Origin: Eledone cirrhosa
Taxonomy: Eukaryota
Direction: 5' to 3'
Length of the DNA: 64,000 nucleotides
Assembly: GCA_964016885.1 (NCBI GenBank)
Contig: OZ024742.1
Coordinates: 247,380,001 to 247,444,000, forward strand
Shown here: one piece after another, positions 12,930 through 25,289 of the stretch
How the letters are laid out: each line of letters opens with the position of its first letter
Position numbering within the stretch: the stretch's first letter is position 1
Notes under the pieces: model-generated
Told to the model about the DNA's origin: nothing
The model's database searches: none
The model's input: only the letters and a program-made list of their open reading frames with translations
Made by a program: the position numbers and the translations under genes

Positions 12930-15900
12930 ATGGATGTGTTAAGAGTAGGATGTTTGAATGCACGTGGCCTGGGCTCAACTTGGAAGCAAGCAAAGCTTCT
13001 AAATGACCTCAGGTCATGTAGTATAAATGTAATGGTTATCTGTGAGACTCGAATCAGCGTCGTGCGGCAGCTGGCCCCCACCTTCGATGACTTTGAGGTG
13101 CATGCATCTCTCTGTCAACCTGGAGGTGGGGGTGGGGTTGTCGTACTGCTGCAAAAACACCTGAGTCTTGCCGTACAGGTTGTGCACTCGGACCCGGAGG
13201 GTCGTTTGTTGGTGCTAGACGTTGGCAGTAGTGAAAGTGCGGCCTTGAGACTGGTCGCCGTCTACTCCCCTTTCGGAGCTGAACGGCCCGACTTCTTCCA
13301 GCGTTTGGAGACTTTTCTGGGAACGTCGCGTTCCCTGCTTCTAGCGGGGGATTGGAATGACATCCTGGATGCACGTTGGGACTATGCAGGAGCATGTCCT
13401 AATAGAGGGGGGTGTAACAGCCTCAAGGGGTTACTCGACCGTTTTAACTTGGTCGATAGATATCGACTAGATTTTCCAACTGTGCCTACCTGGACTTGGA
13501 GAAACCACAGTGGTCAATCTAGATCGTACTTAGATAGATTCTTAGTTAGAAGTAAGGATAGGGACATATTAAGCTGTCCAGAAATGCGCACGGTTGGCTA
13601 CACGGATCACAAATTAGTGACCTGCGTGGTCAATCTCGAGAAAACACATAGACAGGGTCCCGGTTACTGGAAACTTAATTTGTCTTTACCGGCAAAAGAG
13701 ACTTACAAAAACCGGATTAGCAGATTAGTTAAGGAGAGGTTGACGGGTGCAATCGTCAACAACCGATGGTGGGCATCTCTCAAAAGAGAGATTAGAACAG
13801 AATCAATAAGTTATAGCAAGATGTTAGCTGCCGATAGGAATAGAAACGAGAAAGAATTAACAGGTAAATTAGAAGAGGCAATCAAGAGCGAAGATGTGGC
13901 CAGAGTGCTGGCATCGAGGACGGCCTTGAACCAGTTTTTCGATGCAAAGCACGAAGGCTGCGTCATTCGAAGTAAAATACGTGCTCTAGGTAATGAGGGG
14001 GCCAAAGCCGTTGGCTGGGCCCGCGTGACAGAAGCTAAGATTGGAAATCGATCCACCATCCGGTCGTTGCAAGACGAAGATGGACGAGTGATCCGGGAGC
14101 CTAAGCAGATGTGCGAGGCCTTTCAAAATTATTCGGGGGAGGCGAGGGTCCGGGCCGGGGCGTGGATTTCGGTCCATACCTCGACGGCCTGCCGCGTCTC
14201 TCGAACGAAGAGGCAGAGTCCTGCGAGGGACCAATCTCGGCTGATGAGATCGGAGATGCGCTGAGCCAATGCAGCAGACGCAAATATCCAGGTCTCGATG
14301 GTATACCTTACGAACTTTATTTAGCAATGCCGGTCTTCTTCTCCGAACTCCTCGAAGCGGTCTACTGCAATTGGCAGCAGAACGGGAGAATTCCTTGTTC
14401 TGTAGCCAAGGGCGTAGTCACGCTGGTGAGGAAGGACGAGAACAAGGGGGATAATATAAATAATTTTCGGCCCATAACCCTGCTAAACACAGAGTTAAAG
14501 ATTTTGGCCAAGGTGTTAGCAAAGAGGTTGGCGCTTGTCGTGGGTGGCCTGGTGGGAGATGCGCAGACATGTGCTATCCCATCCAGGTCCATTCACGATA
14601 ACCTCCACCTCATGCGATACATCATAGAGAGGGTTGGCAACAAACCCGGCTTCGGTGGGGCCCTGATCAACTTGGATCAGTCTAAGGCCTTCGATAGGGT
14701 CGACCATGGTTACCTGGATGCGGTGCTAGCGGCGGCTGGGTTCGGTCCTGTTTTCAGAGGCTGGATCACTGCCCTACATAGCAACCACATCTGTTCTAGG
14801 ATCAAGGTGAACGGCTACCTTTCGAAGCCGTTCGAAATCACACGATCCATTCGACAGGGGTGCCCTCTCTCCTCCCTTCTGTACGTATTGACTCTCGAGC
14901 CTTTACTGAGGAAGTTGGAGTTGTTGCAGGGTATCCCCCTGGAACCAGGATTGAGCAAAGCGGTGTCGGCCTACGCCGATGACGTAACAGTAATGGTATC
15001 AACCGACTCGGAGATCGAGGCGATCGGTACCTTACTGGAGGAGTACGAAAGGTTGTCAGGAGCGAAACTGAACCGGGAAAAATCCATCGGGCTGCAACTC
15101 GGAACGTGGAGAGGCAGACCGATGCCTCCTGACGGTGTCGTCGGACACTGGACGGAGGGCCCGGTAAAGTTGCTTGGGGTCTGGTTTGGACCGGACCTCC
15201 AGGTGGAAAAGAACTGGAACGTGGTTACGAACAAGGTGTTTGCACTAACCCAGAAATGGGCCAAGTGTAAGCTGTCCCTAAAAGGCCGGGCGGAGGTGGC
15301 GAACATTTACATAGCGTCCGTCACTTACTACCGCCTGACTGTCGTGCCTTGCCCTAAGGAAACACTCACCACCATGGAACGCATGCTCTTCCAATTTCTT
15401 TGGAAGAAGCGTCCTCCTATGGTGAGAAGATCCATCTGCTGCCAACAACCTTCGAAAGGAGGGCTGGGGATGCCGTGGTTGATGATGCGTAGGCACGCAT
15501 TAAGGCTACGGCACCTACAGGTATTCCTCACTGGTCAACCGGTGTGGGCACCGTTCGTGAAACGAGCCTTTCCGAGACTCGTCTCACTCACCGAGCTACA
15601 GTCCTGGGTCAAGCAAAGATCCGGAAAACTGGGAGACTGGCACACTGAGTGTGCTCAGGCGCTCAGGGCTCTCTGGCAAGCGGGCCAGGCCATCGGTGGA
15701 GAATCCACCTCATCATTCTATAGAGGGCTGGTGGCTAGCAGGGGCGATGACACCCTTGGAGAGTCGCTGGACATGGAAGAAGACGAACTGGCCAGCCTGT
15801 TCGGTAGGACTTTCGGCCCAGGACCAATGGACAACTTCCAGAAGTCACTGGCCTGGCAGTGCTACCGGGGGGCTCTACCCGTTCGAGAGAGGCTCTACAG

Positions 15901-16354
15901 ACACGGGCGCCCGGGAAGGGATCCCTCAAAAAAGATTTGCCCTAGATGCGTGCGTCACGAAGAAACCGTTGCGCACGCATTGGTGCAATGTCTGGGCGTG
16001 GCTGATCTGTGGGGCTACGCCGAACAACTGCTGTCGCGGGTGGCGCCGATTAAATTGACCGCCGAGTCCGTGATGACAATCAAACCGCCTCCCCTCTTCA
16101 CAAAGGAAGCAAAGGCGGTTTTTCTGTGCGTAATAGCCATGTTGAAAGAGGTTGTTTGGTGGACACGATTGAAAGGTCTGAGGTCAGGCAACTTCCTCTC
16201 TGGCCATAGTCTGGTCTACTTTTTCCGATATCACTTCGGAAGAAGGATAAGAATGGAGAGAGAGGTGCTTGGCCACAGGCAGTTTTATGAAAGGTGGGTG
16301 ATAGTGGCGAGAATGGCTCGTGTAAATGGGCCTTCTCTGTATACCATCCTGTAG
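12930..16354 (+). pseudogene. Tx1 ORF2: APE endonuclease, reverse transcriptase and C-terminal Zn motif; one frameshift near 14125
   Basis: LNARGL, ETR, GDWN, SYLDRF and TDH (APE) in 12930..14264. PGLDG, FRPITLLN, LDQSKAFDRV, SIRQGCPLS, AYADD, KLLG and CPRC..ETVAHALVQC in 14111..16354. Confidence 0.93.
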
Positions 16355-16592
16355 GTAAAGAAGTAAAGGAGAGGGGAGCACCTTCTCCATGTGCTCCCCG
16401 GGCAAAGGATTGCACACTTTTTCGGGGGTGTGTGCAACCCCCATCACGTCCCCTCCCTTTTGAGGTTATTTTCGATTATTTTCATGTTACACCCTTTTTA
16501 CTCGATTATATGTAAACTCCCCCTTTGTATTTGTCCCTTCTTTTTATGCCTTTATGGTAAATAAAGAAATCTATCTATTTAGCTAGCTCTAT

Positions 16593-17455
16593 AGAGTGCC
16601 ACGACGTTCTCGGAGAAACCCAAGGCATCGAAGAGGATGAACTAACCAGTATATCCAGGAGGACTTTCCATCCAGGGCCTATGGGTAACTTCCGGAGATT
16701 TTGGGCCTAGCAGTGCTACCGAGAAGCTTTACCAGTTTGAGACAAAATCTACAGGCACGGACGCCCTGGCAGAGATCCTGCCAAAAGGACCTGTCCAAGA
16801 TGCGAGCAAGACATTGAAACCGTTCTGCACGCAATTGTTCAGTGTCCAGGGGTGACCGACCTGTGGAATTTCGCCGAACAGCTACTATCACGTGTGGAAC
16901 GCAGTCAGTTGTCAGCCGAGTCCATCGTAAGTATCACCCCACGGCCTTCATTTATGAATGAAGGAGAGGCAGTTTTCCTCTGCCTGGTGGCTATGGCGAA
17001 GGAGATAATATGGTGGACGAGGTTAAAAGGAATGAGGGCAAACACCTTTCTCTCCGGACAACAACTCATCCCCTTCTTTAAGTACCACTTTAGAAGGAAG
17101 GTGAAAGTAGAGAGAGAGGTGCTACATCTCAGTAGATTTGCTGAAAGGTGGGTGAATGTGGCGAAAATGGCCCGAGCTGCATGGGCTTTCTCTGTATATA
17201 AACCTGTAGGTTGAGGAAATCAAACAGAGGGAAGACGGGAACACCTACAGAACGTGCTCCTGGTGTTGAGGGTTGTTCTATCTACGGGGTGTAAAACAAC
17301 CACGCAGTAACGTTCCCCCCTATTGGAGATTTTGATTGTTTTATTTTATATATATTTTATTGTCATTCATTATTGTTAAAGATTTTATGTAAAACCCTCG
17401 CCGCTATGTTTTGTAATGTCCCCTGTTTTGTACGCCCTTGTGGCAAATAAAGATA
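16593..17455 (+). mobile_element. Tx1 copy 2, strongly 5'-truncated (ORF2 C-terminus plus 3' UTR)
   Basis: ORF 16852..17214 DLWNFAEQLLSRV...WWTRLKG is homologous to the copy 1 C-terminus; ends ggcaaataaag. Confidence 0.9.
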
Positions 17456-18317
17456 TTTATCTATATACCGATCTTTCTGTCTCAACCTTCGTTTTTCTTT
17501 CTTTTGCTTTTTTCAAAATCTATTCATGTGTCTTTCTAACTAAACATCTATCTATCTATCTATCTTGGTAGCTGGACGCACACAATTTTGCTGGTAAGTT
17601 TCTGTCAATTTATTTACAAAAAACAGAAATTCTTGTTTAAAAAAAAATACATTGTTTTGTAGATTAACCCCCAGGCTGAATTGTCAGCTGGGAGTCAATC
17701 TCATTTTTCGCCCCACAGGGGCGAAAATTTAATTTGAAATTAATTTGAAAACTGTTAAAATTTCTAATAATTTGGCATCAGCAATGGCAAGCGTACAAAG
17801 AACGGTAGCGAACGTTGAAGAAGGAAAAAGAAAAGAAGAAATAGACTTAAACGTTGCTAAGAGGTTTGTCTGTATCGACGTAGTTGACAACAAAGTTTTG
17901 TGTAACGCAAGTGAAGTAGACAACACAAATAAAATTGAACCACACAGTGTACAACAGAAAAAACAATTGACCCAACTACAAACGGAAAAACCGACAACCA
18001 CAACAACAACAACACCAAAAAAATAACTTTTGCAGAAACAGTCACAAATAATAATAAGGATTTCAACATTACCTCGAACTCCGCATGTACTGGCGTCACT
18101 ATAGAAGCCAATATGTACAACAAAAATAAAAACAAGATTGAACCACACAGTGTACAACAGACACCAAAAACAACAGAAAAAAAACAACAGAAAATAAAAC
18201 CATTGACACAACTACAAACGGAAAACCGACAACCACAACAACACCAGAAAAACTTTTGCGCAAACAGTCATAAAAAAACAAGAGTTCAAAGATCTCGATA
18301 TCTCCAATGCGAAACAG

Positions 18318-18935
18318 ATGCTCTCTGAAGCAAAGGAGTTTATCACTTTCGGTGAAAACAGTGGATTTCAAATAAACTCACCCCCAGAAATTCGTCTGGA
18401 AACATTTAGAAGTACAATTACCTTCAGAACTGTTTCAAATGAAACAAAACGACCAGCATTCCTCAGTCAAGGGGAAATTGAGGCAACCTTGAAGGAGATA
18501 TTGGCAAACATTGACTTCATGCAGAGGGCCAAACAGTACGGGAGTATTTCGGTACTCCTCAAAAGCGAGGCCCTTGCACAAAGATACTCAGTGACGCCAA
18601 TACTGTCACAAAAATACACCTTTTCTCTACATATCTGGGAATATGGACACAAAAAATCAGAATTAAAAAACATACCACCAAATATTAATATTTGGTGGAT
18701 ATTGGAAGGATTTTTAGAGGAGAGAAAAGACACCATTCTCTCGATCAAAAAGTCAACCAGACACACGTGGTCTGGTACAAATTTGGAGATTCTGGTGCAA
18801 ATGAGCCCGGAAAGAATCTCCAAAATACCAGAAAAAGTGATGGTTGACAACAACAGCCACATCAGCATTTCGATTGAGGGACGACAACCACATTGCTTTC
18901 GTTGCATAACACCACACACCTAAAGGCCTCCTGTC
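18318..18935 (+). pseudogene. Tx1 ORF1 core (putative RRM-like region plus CCHC zinc knuckle)
   Basis: ORF 18318..18923 ends EGRQPHCFRC; a frameshifted continuation HLKASC completes a CX2CX4HX4C-like knuckle. Confidence 0.75.
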
Positions 18936-19821
18936 TTTTACAAACACGCTCAACTAAAACAATGCAAAAGAAAACACTGTTACCAACACCAATACCAAAA
19001 GAACCAACGCCACAACAACAACAACACACGAAACAAGCAAACACACCAAAACAAACAGCCACTCAACCAACAACAAGAGAAAAACACACAGACAACACCC
19101 CTGAAGAACACAGCCCCACCCCATCCCACTCCATCAAACACTACCACAAAAACACACACCGAAACACCACCACCACATAACAAACCGCTAACCCACACCC
19201 ATGACGATGAATATTCAACAAATGAGGCTGCTTCTCCTTCTTTAAGTGAAGAAGGAGAGCCTCCGAATCCAAAAAAACAAAAAAAAGAGACACCTCCAAA
19301 CCCCCAAAACTCCAATCACCAACACCAACACACAACCACAGACACAAACAACACCACAGTGAAACATCCCCCTACCAGCAAAAGCAACACCAACACCACC
19401 CCAAGTACAAGCACCCACCATAAAAAGAAAACTCCCGAACGAACAACAAACAATAACTAAACAACAAAAACACAAACAACAATACGCATAGATCAACATA
19501 AACAACAAAAGTTTGATGGAGGTCATCTCCCAAACCCCCAAGGTGGAGACGGAGGGCAAAACTTTCATTAACGCAGAATCGTCTCCACACCTTAAACTTA
19601 TAAGTGTTTCTATGGAGACCTATAGTGACCTGAAGAAAAAAGTTTTCGCAGGACGTGGGCAACCTCTGCCAGACACCCATCAATCGCATCATGTTAAAAT
19701 GTTTCCCCACCCCATCCAACACAGCCTGCAGCACCCAAGGGGAGATTGAAGAACCCGATCTCCAGGAAACGAAAAGGTAAGTGCACCTTTCGTCCTTTTT
19801 CTCCAATTCTTCTTCACCAAC

Positions 19822-22800
19822 ATGGCTAGTTTAAGAGTTGGAAGCGTGAATGTGCGTGGTCTAGGGATGCGATGCCCTGGAAATAGGGCGAACTTTTAAA
19901 CGACCTTGGGTCACACGGCATAGATGTGATAGCCATAACCGAGTCCAGGATCCAGAACAGGCAGCAACTAACCCCCATCTTGAATGACTTTGAGATCTAT
20001 GCATCTCTCAGTCAGCCAGGAGGTGGATGGGTAGTGGCTGTCATGTTTCAGAAAAACCTGCACGTCGAAGTACAGCAAGTACATTTGGACCCGGAGGTTA
20101 AACTGGTAGAGTCTTCAGACAGGTGGCCGTTTATGCCCCGACCGGGCAATCGCAATCGCGGCCAGACTTCTTTAAGCATCTAGAGACTTTTCTGGGAATG
20201 TCTCGCTCCTTACTTTTAGTGGGGGACTGGAATGGTATCCTAGATGCACGATGGGACTATGTAGGAGTATGTCCCAGTAGAAGGGGCGGGGGTGCAACAG
20301 CCTCAACAATCTAATCGGCCAATTCCAACTGGCCGATAGATATCGACTAGATTTCCCGACTGCACCACAGTGGACGTGGGCAAACCGCAGCGGGACATCT
20401 AGATCGTATTTAGATAGGTTTTTCATTAGTGAGAAGGACAAAAAGATGTTAAGCTGTCCACAAATGCACATGGTTGCCTATTCAGACCACAAACTAGTCA
20501 TCTGCATAGTCAATCGTGATAGAATACATAGACAAGGACCCGGATACTGGAAGCTGAACGTGTCGCTACCGACATGTAAAGCCTACAGTGAACGGATAAG
20601 TAGATTAGCTAAGCAACAATTGACGGGAGCCATCGTCAACAACAGATGGTGGTACTGCCTCAAGAAAGCAATTAGAGTAGAGTCGATAGACTCTAGCAGA
20701 GCGTTAGCCTTAGAGAGAAACAAGACAGAAACGGAACTAGTAGCCAAGGTAGAGGAGGCGCTTAGGAGTGACAACGTAGTTAGAGTGCTAGCAACGAGAA
20801 CGGCACTGGACCAGTTCTTCGACGCGAAACACGAAGGCTGCGTGGTCAGAAGTAAATCACGTGCTCTAGGAAACGAAGGAGCGAAAGCTGTTAGCTGGGC
20901 CCCAGGTGCAAAGGCGGTAAGTGGCAACAAGTCCGCGATTCGGTCTTTGAAAGACCAAAACGGACGCGTGCTACTTGACGGCAAGCGGATGTGCGCGGCC
21001 TTTCAGCGGCACTTTGCGCAACTGCTCGAGCAGAGTGGCGGTGTGTCGAACGGGGGAATGGACTTCGGTTCATACCTCGACGGTCTGCTGCGTCTCTCGA
21101 GCATGGACGCAAAGTTCTGCGAAGGACCGATCACAGCCACTGAGATACGGGACGCTCTGGACCGCTGCGGGAAACGCAAATCACTCGGTCTAGATGGTCT
21201 ACCCTATGAATTTTACATAGGCATGCCGGTCTTGTTCTCTGGCGTCCTCGAGGCCGACTACGGCAACTGACAGCAGAACGGGAGAATTCCCAGTTCTGCA
21301 GGCGGGGGCGTTGTAACGCTGATCAGGAAAGACGAGAACAAGGGGGACGAACAAAGCAACTTTAGGCCCATAACTCAGAGTTAAAGATTTTGGCCAAGGT
21401 GTTGGCAACGAGGTTGGCGCTTGTCGTCGAGAACCTGGTAAGAAAAGCGCAAACGTGTGCAATCCCGCCAGTTCCATACACGACAACCTCCACCTCATGC
21501 GATACATCATAGAGAGGGTGGGGTGTAAACCTTGCTTCGGTGGGGCTCTGATCAATTTAGATCAGTCTAAGGCATTCGATAGGGTCGACCATCGATACTT
21601 GGGAGCGGGTCTCAAGGCGGCCGGTTTCGGACCCGTCTTCAGAGGCTGGATCGCCGCAATGCACACCAACATCTGCTCGATGGTCAAGGTGTTCGCAATC
21701 ACGCGTTCAATCCGACATGGATGCCCTCTCTCCTCCATTCTCTACGTACTGACTCTAGAGCCACTATTGCAGAAGGTGGAGCTGTTGCAGGGCATTGGAA
21801 CCAGTACTGCGGAAAGCGGCGTCGGCTTATGCCGACGACGTAACAGTAATGGTGTCGGAAGCCTCCGAAATCGGAGCGATCGGCAACTTACTGCAGGAAT
21901 ATGAAAAGCTCACAGGAGCAAAACTGAATTAGGACAAGTCTGTCGGTTTGCAACTCGGACCATGGAGAGGAAAACTGATGCCGCCCTACGGCGTCGTCGG
22001 ATGCTGGACGGACAGACCGGTGAAATTGCTCGGGATCATGTTTGGTCCAGACCTCCAGGTGGAGAAAAACTGGAACGAGGTCACGGCCAAGTTATTTGCG
22101 CTCACCCAGAAATGGGCAGAGTGCAAACTATCCTTGAAAGGTCGAGCGGAGGTGGCGAACACTTTCATAGCATCCGTTATCTACTACCGCTTAACTGTCG
22201 TGCCTTGGCTCCGTGAACATCTCACCAAGATGGAACGGATGCTCTTCCAGTTCCTTTGGAAGAAGCAGGCTCCACTGGTGAGGCGATCCCTCTGCTGTCA
22301 GCACCCTTCCAACGGAGGGCGGGGCATGCAGTGGCTGATGATGCGCAAGCTTGCGCTGAGGCTACGTCATCTACAGGTATTCCTCAGCAACCCCCAACCG
22401 GTGTGGGCACCGTTTGTGAAACAAGCCTTCCCGCAACTTGTCTCGCTGACGGAGCTGCAGTCCTGGATCAAGCGAAGACCAAAGAAGATGGGCGCCTGGC
22501 ACATTGAAGGCGCTCAGGCGCTCACCGTCCTCTGTCAAGTGGGCACTGATATCAGTGGAGACTCCACTTCGACATTCTATAGAGGGTTAGAACGTCACAA
22601 CGGCGACGACGTGGTCGGAGAGACTCTAGGCGTCGAAAACGACGAACTCACCAGTCTGTTTGGTCGGACTTTCCACCCGGGACCCATGAACAACTTCCAG
22701 AGGTCCCTGGCCTGGCAGTGCTACCGAGAAACTCTACCAGTCGTGACAAGATCTACAGGCACGGACGCCCCGGCAAGGATCCTTCCAAAAGGACGTGTCC

Positions 22801-23212
22801 AAAATGCGCGCAGGACATTGAAACCGTCCTGCACGCAATTGTACACTGCCCGGGCGTAACCGATCTGTGGAACTACGCGGAGCAACTGCTGTCGCGTATG
22901 GGACAAATCCATTTGACTGCCGAATCCATAGTAAGGATCAAACCGCCAGTCTCTTTCAAAAACGAAAGAGAGGCGGTTTTCCCCTGTATAGTGGCTATGG
23001 TGAAAGAAGTTATATGGTGGACGAGGTTGAGAGGACTGAGGACAGATGCCTTTCTCTCCGGACAACAATTGATTCCCTTCTGAAAGTATCACTTTAGAAG
23101 GAGAATCAGAGTGGAGAGAGAGGCACTGCACCCCAGTAAATTTACTGAAAGGTCGGTGAATGTGGCAAAAATGGCCCGAGTGATTGGGCCTTCTCTGTAT
23201 ATAAACTTGTAG
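19822..23212 (+). pseudogene. Tx1 ORF2 (APE-RT), disrupted
   Basis: ORF fragments 19926, 20123, 20446, 21455, 21948 and 22718 are collinear with copy 1 ORF2 (GDWN, SDH, GYWKLN, DQSKAFDRV, CPKC). Confidence 0.9.
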
Positions 23213-24524
23213 GTTGAAGAAGAGAGCAAAAGGAAGAAAGGAGCACTTTCACAACACGTTCCTGAAGTTGAGGGTTGTTCTATCGACGGGGTATTAAACA
23301 ACCCATTTGTGGCGCTTCCCCCCTATTGGGGATTTCGATTGTTATAATAGTTTGTTTTATATTTTTTACACGACTGTGTGTAAAATCCCCGGCATGTCTT
23401 TGTATTGTCCCCTTTTCTTGTGCGCCCTTGTGGCAAATAAAAAAATCTATCTATCTATTTTTTAATCTATCTATTGATCTTTCTCACTCTACCTTCTTTT
23501 TTCTCCCGTTTGCTTATTTCAAAATCCGTCGTCGAGCTTACATATGTCTTTTACCCATTCGTGTGCGATAAATAACAGTCCCCTACTAGAGACGATTCTT
23601 CACATACATGCACATGCTCTCTTTTTCTTTCTTTGAAATTCTTTCTCTTTCTCTTTCGTCACTGTCTCCGTTTCTCTCTCTTCTCTATTTATCTATCTCA
23701 TTCCATCCCTCTCTGGATGCCAACTGCAATTCCAAAGTCCAAATTTGAAAATTGTGTGAACAATCGAAATATCTATGGAATAATTAGCAGATTATCTTGT
23801 TTTTTTCATGTCGACAAATTCACTTAGTAGTACAAATGAAAAATCCTCGTGGACAATGACGCAGACTCCACCAAGAATATTCACACAGGAATGAAATAAA
23901 TGTTTATATATAATGCAGTGAAAGAAATCATATATTTAAGAAAGATATTTCAATTATAGTCTCGAGTGGATATTTCAAATATCATGTTTTAAAGAAATAC
24001 AATGCAAACTGACAGAGCTGTATGTTATTACAGATACAGCAAACCTCAATGCAACCCAACCAATCTACACAAGATACGTAAACATTTTAACAATGTACTT
24101 ATGGGGTATGTTTCTATTCCAGTGACTCATGAATCTTTCTCTATATGCTTATGTAATTATGTATGTATGTATGTATGTATCTATGAATATAAGTATATTT
24201 ATATATATATATGTGTGCGTGTGAGTGTATGCGTGTGTGTCTATGCATGTGTGAGTATGTGCGTATGTATATACATATATATTTATAATGCATGACCGGA
24301 CACGCAAGAACATTTTCTAGAAAGAATGTTTCTATTTCTTCTTCGTCAAACTCTCCTCTATCTTTCTATTTCTTCTACTTTTTCTAATTCTATCTTCTGG
24401 TGAAAGATTAGCGCCCGAAACGGTAATACTCTTTTTAAAATATCTTCATTTGATTGTATTCTTGGCTTTGCTGTTTTCCATTTACGTTCCGCATACACAC
24501 ACACACACAACACACACACACACA

Positions 24525-24631
<107 letters not shown>

Positions 24632-25179
24632 ATATTTGGGGAGGGGCATGTTGTTATAATATTGCCAGAAATATATAAAACACACTCACTCTCGTTTGGG
24701 TTGGTTTTCGCTTCCGTATATTTTATATCCCTATAGTTAATTTAGCTGGCAATCAATGTTTACCAATGACAGACCAACAGTTAAAAAAAATATATATATA
24801 TATATATAGTCTCTGAGAGTTATTTCGTCATACACTTGTTTCATCATCAGTGATAATTATGTTTCTCCCGTTGTATTTTAATGTTTACTTATTCTATTAG
24901 TTATTTAGTTATTTATTTATTGATGTCTCTGCGCATGCGTTTGTGTGTGTGTTTTCTGTATGGTGTGTGCTCGTGTCTCAGTCTGTGTGTGCTTCTATTC
25001 TATCTTTGGTCACTAGTGTGTATTCATGTGTGATTGTTGTACCTGTGTATATTTATTTATATTTATCTTAGGTCACTATTGTGTTTTTGTGTATGGTTGT
25101 TGTTGTTCTTATTCCATCCATGTTTTCTGTTCAGCTTCGGTTTTATTGTTCTATCTCAATTGCTTTCCTAATTTGTATG

Positions 25180-25234
<55 letters not shown>

Positions 25235-25289
25235 GTATGTGTGGAATATCGCACACTCGTAGGTATTCCTACAAGATTTATCGCCATTT

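Larger units (their letters stand above)
11983..16568 (+). mobile_element. Tx1/L1-clade non-LTR retrotransposon copy 1, 5'-truncated, with TSD
   Basis: ORF1 3' half, ORF2 and 3' UTR ending in AATAAA. The 24-bp direct repeat atctatctatttagctagctctat lies at 11959-11982 and 16569-16592. Confidence 0.93.
17566..23444 (+). mobile_element. Tx1 copy 3, apparently full length but degenerate
   Basis: Starts tggtagctggacg immediately after (ATCT)n. ORF1 remnants about 17780-19780, ORF2 remnants 19822-23212 with several frameshifts and stops. Ends ggcaaataaaaaaa followed by (ATCT)n. Confidence 0.9.

Noticed and set aside
11969-13081. Antisense ORFs over Tx1 ORF1/ORF2 (also the many minus-strand shadows of other copies)
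   Set aside because: Expected shadows of C/A-rich or GC-rich coding strands; starts and ends are not conserved between copies.
14100-14140. Programmed ribosomal frameshift between the EN and RT ORFs of Tx1 copy 1
   Set aside because: Copies 3, 4 and 5 read through this point in one frame (AFQRHFAQL); copy 1 simply has a short deletion.
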